The translations under genes and the position numbers were made by a program. Below the pieces are notes generated by a model. It had not been told where the DNA came from. It saw only the letters and a list, made by a program, of their open reading frames with translations, and ran no database searches. This document shows positions 1 through 8,663 of a stretch of DNA of 13,872 nucleotides, piece by piece (position 1 is the first letter of the stretch; each line of letters begins with the position of its first letter). The stretch covers positions 1-13,872 of the forward strand of contig JBHGNT010000920.1 in NCBI GenBank assembly GCA_043228905.1, written 5' to 3'. This DNA is from Azolla caroliniana. Taxonomy: Eukaryota; Plantae; Polypodiophyta.

Positions 1-2
1 AT

Positions 3-1193
3 ACATGTTGCTGATAAAAAAAGCCTCGACATCATCCATATGGCCTACTACAACCAATGCCTATTCCAGATAGCCCAGGGAAATCTATTTCCATGGACTT
101 TATTACGGATCTTCCACCTTCCAAGGGATTTAATTCTACTCTCACGGTAGTTGATCGTTTTACGAAGATGGCGCATTTCCTTCCATGCATGAAGACCATT
201 ACTAGTCAAGAGATAGCCGATTTACTCATGCGGGAGGTGTTTCGCCATCATGGTCTTCCGGATGATATTATCAATGATCGGAGTCCCCAATTCATCTCGA
301 AATTTTGGCGGCACATGTTCAAACTCTTACATACTTCTTGTAAACTCTCTTCCGGCTACCATCCAGAGACTAATGGGTAGAGTGAGCGCACCAACCAAAC
401 AATCGAACAATATCTACGTTGTTTTGTCAACTATCAACAAGATGATTGGGTGGATTTATTACATTTGGCAAAATTTTCTTACAACAACTCCGAATATTCC
501 TCTACTGGATATTCCCCATTTTTTGCTAACATTGTGTACCATTCTCGTTGGACGATGCTTGAACATCCCGAACTCCTGAAAAACCCGGCTGCTGAAGATC
601 GGTTGACTCGACTCCAAGAAGTTCAGGATATAGTTTTGCATCATTTATGTGATGCCTAAAACATTCAAAACAAGATTGTTGATCGTCATCGGTGTGATTC
701 ATCGACTACGTTTCAAGTAGGAGATTGTGCATGGCTCTTACAAGGTAGCATTAAAACCACCCGACCTTGCTACAAATTGGATTATCAACGTTTTAGCTCA
801 TATGTGTTCTCTGGTAAGATCAATGATGTGACATTTCGTCTTGATCTCCCTCCTCATGTGCGTCTTCACCCGGTCTTCCATGTTTCACTTTTGGAGTCCT
901 ACACAACAAGCTCTATTCCGGGTCGTCTTACACCTCCCCCACCTCCAATTGAAGTTTCCAATGGCTTTGAATATGAGGTTGTTGTCATTCTCGACTCCAA
1001 GATCATCTGCAACAAACTATATTATTTGGTTAATTGGTTAGGTTATACACCTAATGATCGAACATGGGAGCCTGCCGAGCATCTTGCTAATGCCTTCGAC
1101 ATGGTTGTTGCATTTCACGACAAATATCCCCATAAACGAAGTCCGAACTCTTGTCTTCCGACTCATGGAACTCATCATCGAAAGGGGGGATAA
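3..1193 (+). pseudogene. pol: pol 3' end: integrase core and group I chromodomain
   Basis: ORFs 57-380, 450-659 and 777-1193 share one frame, broken by stops (12-17, 378-380, 657-659). Motifs: ISMDFITDLP, VVDRFTKMAHF, IINDRSPQF, SSGYHPETNG, HPVFHVSLLE, chromodomain YEVVVILDSK..YLVNWLGY..TWEP. Confidence 0.95.
1181..1193 (+). promoter_or_regulatory. Polypurine tract of Gypsy A
   Basis: AAAGGGGGGATAA immediately before the LTR-start TG at 1194. Confidence 0.9.
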
Positions 1194-1223
1194 TGTCATG
1201 AAGACAACATTTTGACTTATCAA

Positions 1224-1277
1224 GAATTGAACCCACGACTTCTTGGTCTATGTGTCGAACCCTTAACCATTGTAATA
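1224..1277 (-). promoter_or_regulatory. tRNA-like Pol III A-box/B-box module in LTR A
   Basis: Minus strand: TATTACAATGG (A-box-like, 1277-1267) and GGTTCAATTC (B-box-like, 1233-1224). The T8-to-G53 distance is 45 nt, as in tRNAs. No intact cloverleaf. Confidence 0.6.
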
Positions 1278-1576
1278 ACATATATGTTGTGTAATTATAA
1301 TAATTATATTTTTAGTTATTACGAGACATTAGAATATTCTAGAACATTCTAGATTATTCTAGAACATCCTTTAATATTTCATGATTATATTTCTTATCAT
1401 AAAAATCTAAAATATTCTAGAACATTCTAGAATACTCCATAAGAATCTACAAATAAGTGTCCATACATTCATTTACTCATTCGGTTCAACACCAGTCTTT
1501 AGCCCTTAGCCTACTCATTGTAATCTTGTTTCATCATAATATAATCTCATTTCTATTTCAAGTCTTATCTCTCTCA

Positions 1577-1607
<31 letters not shown>

Positions 1608-1724
1608 CCTCCCTCTCTCGCTATCGCTCTCGCTCTCACTCTATCTCCTACCCACGAGTCTCGACAATTGAGGGGGACTTCTCCGACATGTTCAATCGGG
1701 TGTGGAGTGTCGTCTCCGATTTCG

Positions 1725-1806
1725 ACCACTCTTCATGGCTCATCATGTGAGAACCATTCTTCATGGCTCATCATGTGAGAACCATTCTTCATGGCTCGTC
1801 ATGTGA
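1725..1806. repeat. 28-bp tandem repeat, ~2.9 copies
   Basis: CTTCATGGCTCATCATGTGAGAACCATT at 1731-1758 and 1759-1786, partial at 1787-1806. Confidence 0.95.
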
Positions 1807-1890
1807 TTTGATGCTCTAGAGTAAACGTACCACACCTCGTCCGATTGTGAGGTGGTTTTCTTCATCGAATTTGCCTTGTGTTTCATGACA

Positions 1891-2749
1891 AAGACTGATC
1901 CTTTTTTGGTTTTGGGTCATTCCAACCCTTCAGCGTAGTCGATCTTTGCCGACTCCCTTGCTCGGTCTTGCCAGAACTGGATTTTTCCTTGCCAGAACTC
2001 CCTTGCTCGGCCTTGCTCGTGGAGGGTTAGGAACTGTTTTAAGCATGTCGGGTATTCCTTTGTGTTTGCTCTTGTCAGCTGCAACCATTGCGTGCCGATC
2101 CACCTCATCCGACACGGCCATGGGGCCGATCCGCCTCCATGTACAACATCTTGTCTAATTGAGTGGTCCTTGACACACTCACGTGGTTTTCTTCAACCAT
2201 CAGCATCAATTGCAAGTCTACGAAGGAGGGTGGCTTCTCCTATGTCCATATTGTCGTCCGGATGGGGTCGTACCTCTACGCTAGACCACAAAGGCAAATT
2301 TGTACCATCTCGTCTTCATCCACTATTATGTTGATGGATCCCAGGGCATTGTAGATCTCCTTTATTTTGGTGGTGTAGTCAGTGACCGACATATCCTTTT
2401 GCCGAATATTGTTGAGCTCTTGCCGAAGCTACAACTTTCGGGCCGTGGTAGTTGTGGTGAAAATCTTTTTCAGATTTTCCGAGGCCTCCTTCGGCATTTT
2501 CGCATCTATGATGTAGCCTAGCATTTGATCGTGCACACAGGAAGAAAAACAATACAACACTCTGCTTGTTGCTTGCTCCCACACCGAGAAGTCCTTGTGT
2601 GCCAGTTCCAACGCTATTTCATGTGCTCCTTCCACCTAACTCCAATAACCATGCCCCAATAGGTACTAGGACATCTTGTAGGACGAAGATGTGTAGTTGT
2701 TCCAGTCAAGCTTTTCAGTGGGAAGTGAGCTCTCCATGCTTCTATCCAT
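1891..2749 (-). pseudogene. gag: Copia gag with several in-frame stops
   Basis: From ATG 2749: MDRSMESSLPTEKLDWNNYTSSSYKMS*YLLGHGYWS*VEGA...ARKL*LRQELNNIRQKDMSVTDYTTKIKEI..., typical plant Copia gag (KLxxxNY N-terminus, UBN2-like region). Confidence 0.88.
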
Positions 2750-2836
2750 TTCTCTCTTCTTCTTCTATTCTTACTGGGTGTTAGGTCTTGGTTTGTCTGA
2801 ACGCTTTGTCAGCAACAGAGGATTCTCAACCCTCGT

Positions 2837-2848
2837 GCCCTGATACCA
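2837..2848 (-). promoter_or_regulatory. Primer-binding site (tRNA-iMet)
   Basis: TGGTATCAGGGC directly after the LTR-terminal CA; one mismatch to canonical TGGTATCAGAGC. Confidence 0.9.
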
Positions 2849-3286
2849 TGAAACGGGTAGCATGTGGAAGCTAAACAGACACAACCGGCTCAGCTAGAAA
2901 GCAACAGAGAATGGTAAAACAGAGAGAACAATGGAGAGACATAGAGTATGCGGGAGAGACAGAGATAGAGAAAGCAAAACGCGCACACAATTCTATTACA
3001 AGAATAACACAACACTTTATACATATAAATGTGCTAAGAGAGCACCTTTATACAAGTTCGTAAAGGACTAACAGAAGTACTGACAAGTACTTCAATGCTC
3101 ATAACTAAGCTGTTGACACTAACTCCCAAAAATATGCCTATCTACTAGGCTAGGATCGTAGGCCTCTAACGACCTACCGATTTTCGTGGATCCGGCTCAA
3201 CGATCCGGCCCTCGGCTTATTCAGCCGATCTAGCCCAAGTTGAGCTTGCTTGCTCAATAGCCCACAACTTCCGACTACAGTCTTCA
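2849..3286 (-). repeat. 5' LTR of Copia 1 (~438 bp)
   Basis: Minus strand TGAAG...TTTCA. The 3' end is fixed by the PBS; the 5' end is inferred from the short inverted terminus. TATA-like sequence near 3016-3030. Confidence 0.72.
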
Positions 3287-3458
3287 ATGAAGGTCACAAA
3301 GTATTATGAACTAGTATGTGACTTAATATCTACATAGAATACGTTTGTATGCATGAGTTCTAGCTAAATTCTCTTCCTTGTCGGGGGCCTAGTTAGGAAG
3401 CAGGTTTTGTTGTGCTTGTCAGTCAAGAAATCGGTGCGCTTCTTGACTTGCCTCCGAA

Positions 3459-3862
3459 TTGAGGTTGTCATCAACAAGTCTTTGCATCCCCTTCTCACTC
3501 ATGTGGCACAACCTCCTGTGCCACAGTTCGCTGACTATGTCGACTGCCACATTCATTTATCTCAAAAGGAAAATTAGAAGAATCTCACTAACAAGTGTAT
3601 CAAGCAATCACTTGAAGGCTTATTGGAAAAGGATTTGGTCTTTTAGGGGACCAACAAAATACACTCTCTTCAGATGGTTTTTACTACATGCAGCACTACT
3701 TCTAGGTCAGTCTTTGAAAGGAAACATGGCACCCGTTCTTAGAAAATGTAGTTATTGTGGTGACTTGCAGGAAACTACCAAGCATGCTCTCTCCTCCTAT
3801 TCAATAGCCCAACAGGTATGGAATAAAGTTCTTTCTTTATTCCTAACAATTAATGTAGGTTG
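3459..3862 (+). pseudogene. L1-type LINE ORF2 remnant, RT-associated zinc-binding (zf-RVT) region
   Basis: WKRIWSFRGPTKYTLFRWFLLHAAL...CSYCGDLQETTKHALSSYSIAQQVW matches the W..IW...P.K..F.W...CxxC...ET..H.....A..VW pattern. Cut at ~3862 by an LTR; 5' boundary uncertain. Confidence 0.75.
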
Positions 3863-4437
3863 TGTTAGGAAACAGGTCCCTCCGGATGGGAAGTGAGAAG
3901 AACAGTGCTGATGAGAAACCGAATGAGGACCACCCGGCTACGGAAGACCTGGTGACAACCGAATGAGGAGCACCCGGCTACGGAAGACCCGGTGAGAACC
4001 GGATGAGGAGTACCCGGCTACGGAAGACCCGATGAGAACCGGATGAGGAGTACCCAGCAAGAGCCGGATGATGTAGACCCGGTGAGGAGTGCTCATCAGA
4101 TGAAGGGACATATTCGTAAATATGTTTATGAGAGTCCATCTGAGCTATATTTGTAAATAGCCGAAAAGTCATATTAGTATAAATATGACTTAGGGCAAAC
4201 TTTTAGATATAGCAATTGTCATTCTTGTTGGCGCAAGATTAGAGCGCGTAACAGTGTACAGAGAGAGAGAGAGAGAGGAAGAGGTTGTTGCCTCTGTTGT
4301 AACCGCCGTCTGTGGCGAAGATAGCAAGCTCGAGGTCGTTGCCTCGGTGGTTTAGTATTGTACATTCTGATATAGTGATAGTTTGCAGTCTGTGGGCTGC
4401 CGTGGTTTTTTCCCTAGTTTGGGTTTTCCACGATAAA
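3863..4437 (+). mobile_element. Truncated LTR of a second, probably Copia, retroelement
   Basis: Starts TGTTAGG and interrupts the L1 frame. Contains U3 tandem repeats, TATAAATA at 4178-4185, a GA tract and a U5-like CCGTGGTTTTTTCCC...GGGTTTTCCACG motif. No terminal CA or PBS is visible. Confidence 0.72.
3912..4060. repeat. 40-bp tandem repeat, ~3.6 copies
   Basis: Unit close to AACCGGATGAGGAGTACCCGGCTACGGAAGACCCGGTGAG starting at 3917, 3957 and 3997, partial at 4037. Confidence 0.95.
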
Positions 4438-4449
4438 CACGTTCGCATT

Positions 4450-4483
4450 CATAAGTGGAAGGATCGCGCATAAATGGAAGGAT
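4450..4483. repeat. Subterminal direct repeat CATAA(G/A)TGGAAGGAT x2
   Basis: Copies at 4450-4464 and 4469-4483, just inside the putative left end. Confidence 0.8.
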
Positions 4484-4793
4484 AAGGGAAATTTTAGGGG
4501 TTTTTCAATGATTTTACAAAACACATTGATACCAGTATCATACATGTTCAAACATACTATGAAAAAGGTTAAAAATCCACTATTTTCGTGATTTAGAAGT
4601 AACTAAAAAAAGACGAATTTCAAAAAGATACATTCTCAATTTATATCACAAACTTCACAACCAATGTTATTTTATAAGAAACAATTTTTTAGAAATCATA
4701 AGAATTCAAAACACATGATTTTATATTACTCGATTTGTTACAAGCGGAATGTAGTTACACTTAATAGCCAAATATACATTCATGATCACTCCT

Positions 4794-7558
4794 TTACGGA
4801 GAATCACTACTATAACTAATATACAATGACGATTCCTCCTTATCATCCTCGGATGTACCAATCAGTGCATTATCTTCGTCATAAACCAAATGGTTTGACT
4901 CTAGATTATATGTAGCAGATCTCGTTTGCCTTTGACTCGAGCCACCTTGTAGACCTGGTAATTTTTCTTTTATTATATCTATTGTTGACTTCCTTAATCG
5001 TCCGGCTTTTGTAAGTGTGAAGTCGTACACGATGATATCCACATCAGAGATATCAAGGGTCGAGGTGTTACGAATGTTTCGCTTCCTCTTCCTACCTCCC
5101 CTTCTTGTTTGGCATTCAATCATCTCCAATGTATACTTACCTGTAAAAGCATTTGCACTTCTAGTGTTGTACCAATGAACATTTATAGACTTGATCGTGT
5201 TTTCTATTTCATGCATTAGCACTTCTAGAATTTTACCAACCCAAAATTGGTGGCCATGTGAGTTCTCATCAGCCGGCGTTGCAATCAACATCCCCGCGGT
5301 GAGCTCTTGCAAATTTCCTTGCCATCTAGCTTCGGTTGCTTTGGTCATCCTTGGTCCCACATAAATGTCTCTTTGTTGTGGATGGACCAAGCTGTCATTA
5401 ATCGCATTTACTAGTTGCTCCGGACTTCTATTTACGCGATCATGTTGCAACGACCAAATTCCAATTATCAACAGATACACAATTGTCTATAATTTCTTTC
5501 TGATCACTATAAAATACATCCCACCATGACGTGTCTTGTTGTGCGGCATATTTCTTGGCGGCCTCAATATGCTTTCTTTTTTCTTCTAAGGCTTGGAGCC
5601 ATGACCGTTTTTGTTTTGATACCAAGTCGCTCTGCAACTGTCCTTTCTTCTCAATTGGCATTTGCTTAGCTCCATGGACAATTGTACTCGGCATACAAAG
5701 TAATAACTGGCAACCACCTTCAGGTTCCCATGTTGTAGAAGATGAATATTGTTTGGCATACAAAAGTGTAGAACCACTTATTCCATTTTTCTTTATCAAA
5801 AAAATGTGATTGAAACTTATATTGTTTAACTGAGCAAGCACTTTAACATTCCCACCACCCCCATCTAATATATATCTCTTAAAGTCATATACCTCCTTCA
5901 AGTGTAACACTTTTGGGCGTGGTGTATAAGCATCACAAATGACATCAAATAGTTTAGGTAAAGTGAAAGCATCATGCCGAGACAACTGTCTGGAGAATGT
6001 GCTAAACATCTGATCTATATGGTCATGTGTGTGGCCAACCAAAAGGAAATTGACTTTCACTTTCCTAAACAATTCTAGGTTGACCAACATACTTAGATAG
6101 CCAAATACAGTTGAATTTTTGTTCTCTCTAGCAAGTATTGTCCAATTGAATGTATAGAACAGGGGGGAAAGGTTGTCCCCAAGACATCAAAACTCGGTGA
6201 ATCACTGTAACTGTTAGGTTAGGGTCATTGTGAACATTGGGGTAAGTAATGAAGACGTGAGGTCGAACAAACCTATTATAAGCCAAGCATCCCACCAAGT
6301 GCATTTGAACAAGGCACTCATCATTGACATCTTTGGGGAGCCTCCGCATATGCGGCAAGCATGTCTTCTTCTGGTCCATGCCATCTATCATTAAGCACAT
6401 GTATTGTTCGGGCCTCTTCAAACACTTCTCTCTATGATGCATCGCCTTCCTTCGTTCTAAGGATTGTGCCTCACGATGCTCTTGTAGTAACTTCTTACTC
6501 GTATCCTTTTCCATTGATGTCTTTGCACCTTTAGCCAAACTTTTAAGATTTGCACAAATGGAGCAATACCCCATACGTACTTTACGAGGAATAATAACAT
6601 TTGAAAACCGAGCTCTCCATAATCTTGTGAATTGGCTATATGTGATCGACTTATTACGTGAGCCCAGCATATCAGATCGATAGACATCATAAACTTCCCG
6701 ACGTGTATAATTATCAGAAAGATGCATCCTACCTGTAGTGGGCATTACTTCACAATTTAACTGAAAGTAAGTTTTCATCCAGCCAATAGCTAGTCTTCCA
6801 ATTGCACCTTTCATACTTGGAACCTCTTTACAATTGAGCATCTGATCCCCGCTAAGTAGACGTTGTTGTACTCTATGTAGCCGCATGTTACTAACACATA
6901 ACGCAATTTTGAATGCAACTCTACATATCTATTGCGCATGGAAGATATAATACTCGAATGATACTTTGATCCCCGTACATTTGTCAGATACTAGTTGCAT
7001 ATGTGACCCGAGGTAAGTGTCTTGCTCATCACCGGTCATCGAAAAATAGTATCGCCTTAATTCTCGCAACTTTGATTTTCCAATCATAGACATACAACCA
7101 CGGGCACAACATATTTTGTTGACATCAAATCCAATCTGTTTATCTGATGTCACCAAGCTAAATCTAGCTAGACGAATTCTTCGTGGGATTCTTCTAATAT
7201 GCATAGGGCTCCCAGATTTCTCTTCCTGCATAGAGGTTGGTGTAACCTTGTTACAGTCTAATTCTTTGCTGTGACCATCGCCAATGTTATTCAATGTTTC
7301 CTGGGCACTTCCTTCATTCTCGGTATCTTTATTAATATCGTATTCTTCAATAGAGAACTCTTCACATGTGTCATTATTTACATTCCCTGTAGATGAGCTC
7401 AGACAATATTCTTCGATAGAATATGGTGAGTCGGTCGACAGACAATATTCTTCAATCGAATATGGTGACTCTGATGACAAACAATACTCTTCAGTAGAAA
7501 ACGATGGGTCTGATGACAAACAATATTCTTCAATCGAGAACGGTGAATCTTCACTCAT
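4794..7558 (-). pseudogene. Sola-like DDD transposase (DUF7869-type), ~920 aa reconstructed
   Basis: Four ORFs join through one in-frame TAG (6929-6931) and two +1 frameshifts (~6133, ~5460). Motifs: CCxxxC, ICRVAF..L.VS..RL, CSIC..H, MIDGMDQKK..LP, LYIQLDNT-ARENKN, FLLVGHTHDHIDQMFS. Confidence 0.85.
7394..7549 (-). repeat. 39-bp coding tandem repeat (13 aa, DSPYSIEEYCLSS-like) x4
   Basis: Read directly from the N-terminus of ORF 6929-7558; a fifth diverged copy (FSIEEY) follows. Confidence 0.93.
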
Positions 7559-7621
7559 GGCTTAAGGTCTAGATAGGGCTCTCTAAGTTATGGGCTTAGG
7601 GGAAAGAAAAAAACTAATAAC

Positions 7622-7675
7622 CTCCTCTCTAAACATATACTCCTCTCTAAACATAAACTTCTCTCTAAACAAAAG
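7622..7675. repeat. 18-bp tandem repeat x3 upstream of the transposase ATG
   Basis: CTCCTCTCTAAACATATA / CTCCTCTCTAAACATAAA / CTTCTCTCTAAACAAAAG. Confidence 0.85.
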
Positions 7676-7860
7676 CCAAATCAATAGAATGTCTATATTA
7701 TGTAATATTCTATTAATACAATACATCAAAAAATTATTTTTAATAAAGTAATTGTACTTAAAATATCAATTATTATATAAACTACATCTATATAAAGTTA
7801 AATCAAGTAAAATATAAAACTAATCATTAACAAGCCATGAATATGTTGGATTAATGTTAA

Positions 7861-8036
7861 AATCATTGGCTAATTAATGGCACCCATTTTGATATAGAAC
7901 GTCTCACTCATTGGTTCTTTAATGCTCACCATTTTAAATATTAGACTTATCAATCATTGGTTAATTTATGCCCACATCTTTAATACACAACATTTGAGAG
8001 TCATAAAAATTGTTGGTTTTAGTAATCAATCATTGG
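7861..8036. repeat. Degenerate ~45-bp repeats carrying CCAAT (ATTGG) boxes
   Basis: AATCATTGG at 7861, 7952 and 8028, and CATTGG at 7909; the first three are followed by similar T(A/T)ATG..CA...TTT sequence. Confidence 0.6.
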
Positions 8037-8242
8037 TACATTCATGAACCTCTATCATTGTCTCATTCATAACCTTTGAAGTCATTGTAGGTTGTTATGA
8101 CTATAAAAGATTGATCAATATGGTAGTTTGACTTTGTAATCATTAATACAATCATAAGTTACTCTAGTTAATGTGACTATAGTTACCAACTAACTATGCT
8201 CAAAGTTACCAACCTTGGTTAAGGTGACTATGGTTACTTTAA

Positions 8243-8447
8243 CCAATGTGTTGAATCCCTATAAATAGGAAGACCTCGTCATATTTCACTCACCAGAGCG
8301 TACAGAGCGTACAGAGCACACAGAACGTAGAGAGCACACAGAGCACACAAAGCGCACAGAGCACAAAGCACGAAAGCGCGATCTCCGCCTCCACTTCCAC
8401 ACGATCAAACATGTCTTCAAAGAGAATCGAGCGCGAGGACTCCAGGT
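8243..8447 (+). promoter_or_regulatory. Putative Pol II promoter, leader and first coding exon divergent from the transposase
   Basis: CCAAT at 8243, TATAAATA at 8260-8267, Inr-like TCACTCACCA ~27 bp downstream, AAACATG with ATG at 8411 (MSSKRIEREDS), donor-like CAG|GTAGG at 8445/8446. Confidence 0.45.
8294..8380. repeat. 9-bp minisatellite (CAGAGCGTA/CAGAGCACA), ~9-10 copies
   Basis: Directly visible; it explains the low-complexity LCALCVLCVL ORF on the minus strand. Confidence 0.9.
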
Positions 8448-8495
8448 AGGCCTCTGACACTATGGACATTTTTGTAAATATGTTTCGTTTCTCAA

Positions 8496-8663
8496 GAACT
8501 CGATACCCCGTATCGAGTTCATGTATACAATACAAATATTTATACATGAACTCGATACGGCGTATCGAGTTCATAATTTAATTTTTCTTTTTAAACAGGA
8601 ACTCGATATGGCGTATCGAGTTCGTGTTTAAAGTGTAGGTTTTAAACAGGAACTCGATACGGC
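8496..8663. repeat. Array of 25-bp palindromes GAACTCGATAC-NNN-GTATCGAGTTC with 26-27-bp AT-rich spacers
   Basis: Copies start at 8496, 8548, 8599 and 8650 (the last truncated); period 52/51/51. Confidence 0.95.

Larger units (their letters stand above)
1..1890 (+). mobile_element. Ty3/Gypsy chromovirus (Tcn1-like) element A, 3' portion
   Basis: Integrase core plus chromodomain, then polypurine tract AAAGGGGGGA (1181-1190) and an LTR with TGTCATGAA...TTCATGACA termini. Truncated by the window start. Confidence 0.93.
1194..1890 (+). repeat. 3' LTR of Gypsy A (~697 bp)
   Basis: Starts TGTCATGAA after the PPT. Perfect 9-bp inverted terminus TTCATGACA at 1882-1890, after which Copia gag sequence begins. 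Contains TTCTAGAA repeats and a CT microsatellite (~1568-1647), and shares blocks with LTR B. Confidence 0.82.
1891..3286 (-). mobile_element. Ty1/Copia element 1, 5' portion (LTR, PBS, gag)
   Basis: LTR, tRNA-iMet PBS and Copia gag in the correct order on the minus strand; interrupted by Gypsy A at 1890/1891. Confidence 0.88.
4438..8663 (-). mobile_element. Sola-type DDD DNA transposon, right end missing
   Basis: Transposase pseudogene at 4794-7558. Left boundary is where LTR sequence stops (CACGTTCGC..., then 15-bp repeats); right boundary is an abrupt junction with Copia pol. No matching inverted terminus is seen, so the limits are inferred. Confidence 0.65.

Noticed and set aside
1457-1750. 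97-aa ORF with SLSLSL
   Set aside because: Translation of the LTR CT microsatellite.
3978-4448. Short minus-strand ORFs 3978-4172 and 4239-4448
   Set aside because: Lie within LTR repeats and the GA tract; no recognisable domain.
7284-7565. 93-aa plus-strand repeat ORF
   Set aside because: Antisense reading of the transposase 39-bp repeat.
8290-8574. 94-aa Cys-rich ORF
   Set aside because: Built from the 9-bp minisatellite and the palindromes; no coding signature.
8496-8663. Bona fide CRISPR array
   Set aside because: Eukaryotic TE context, no cas genes, spacers very AT-rich with spacers 2 and 3 sharing TTTTAAACAG; kept as a palindrome repeat.
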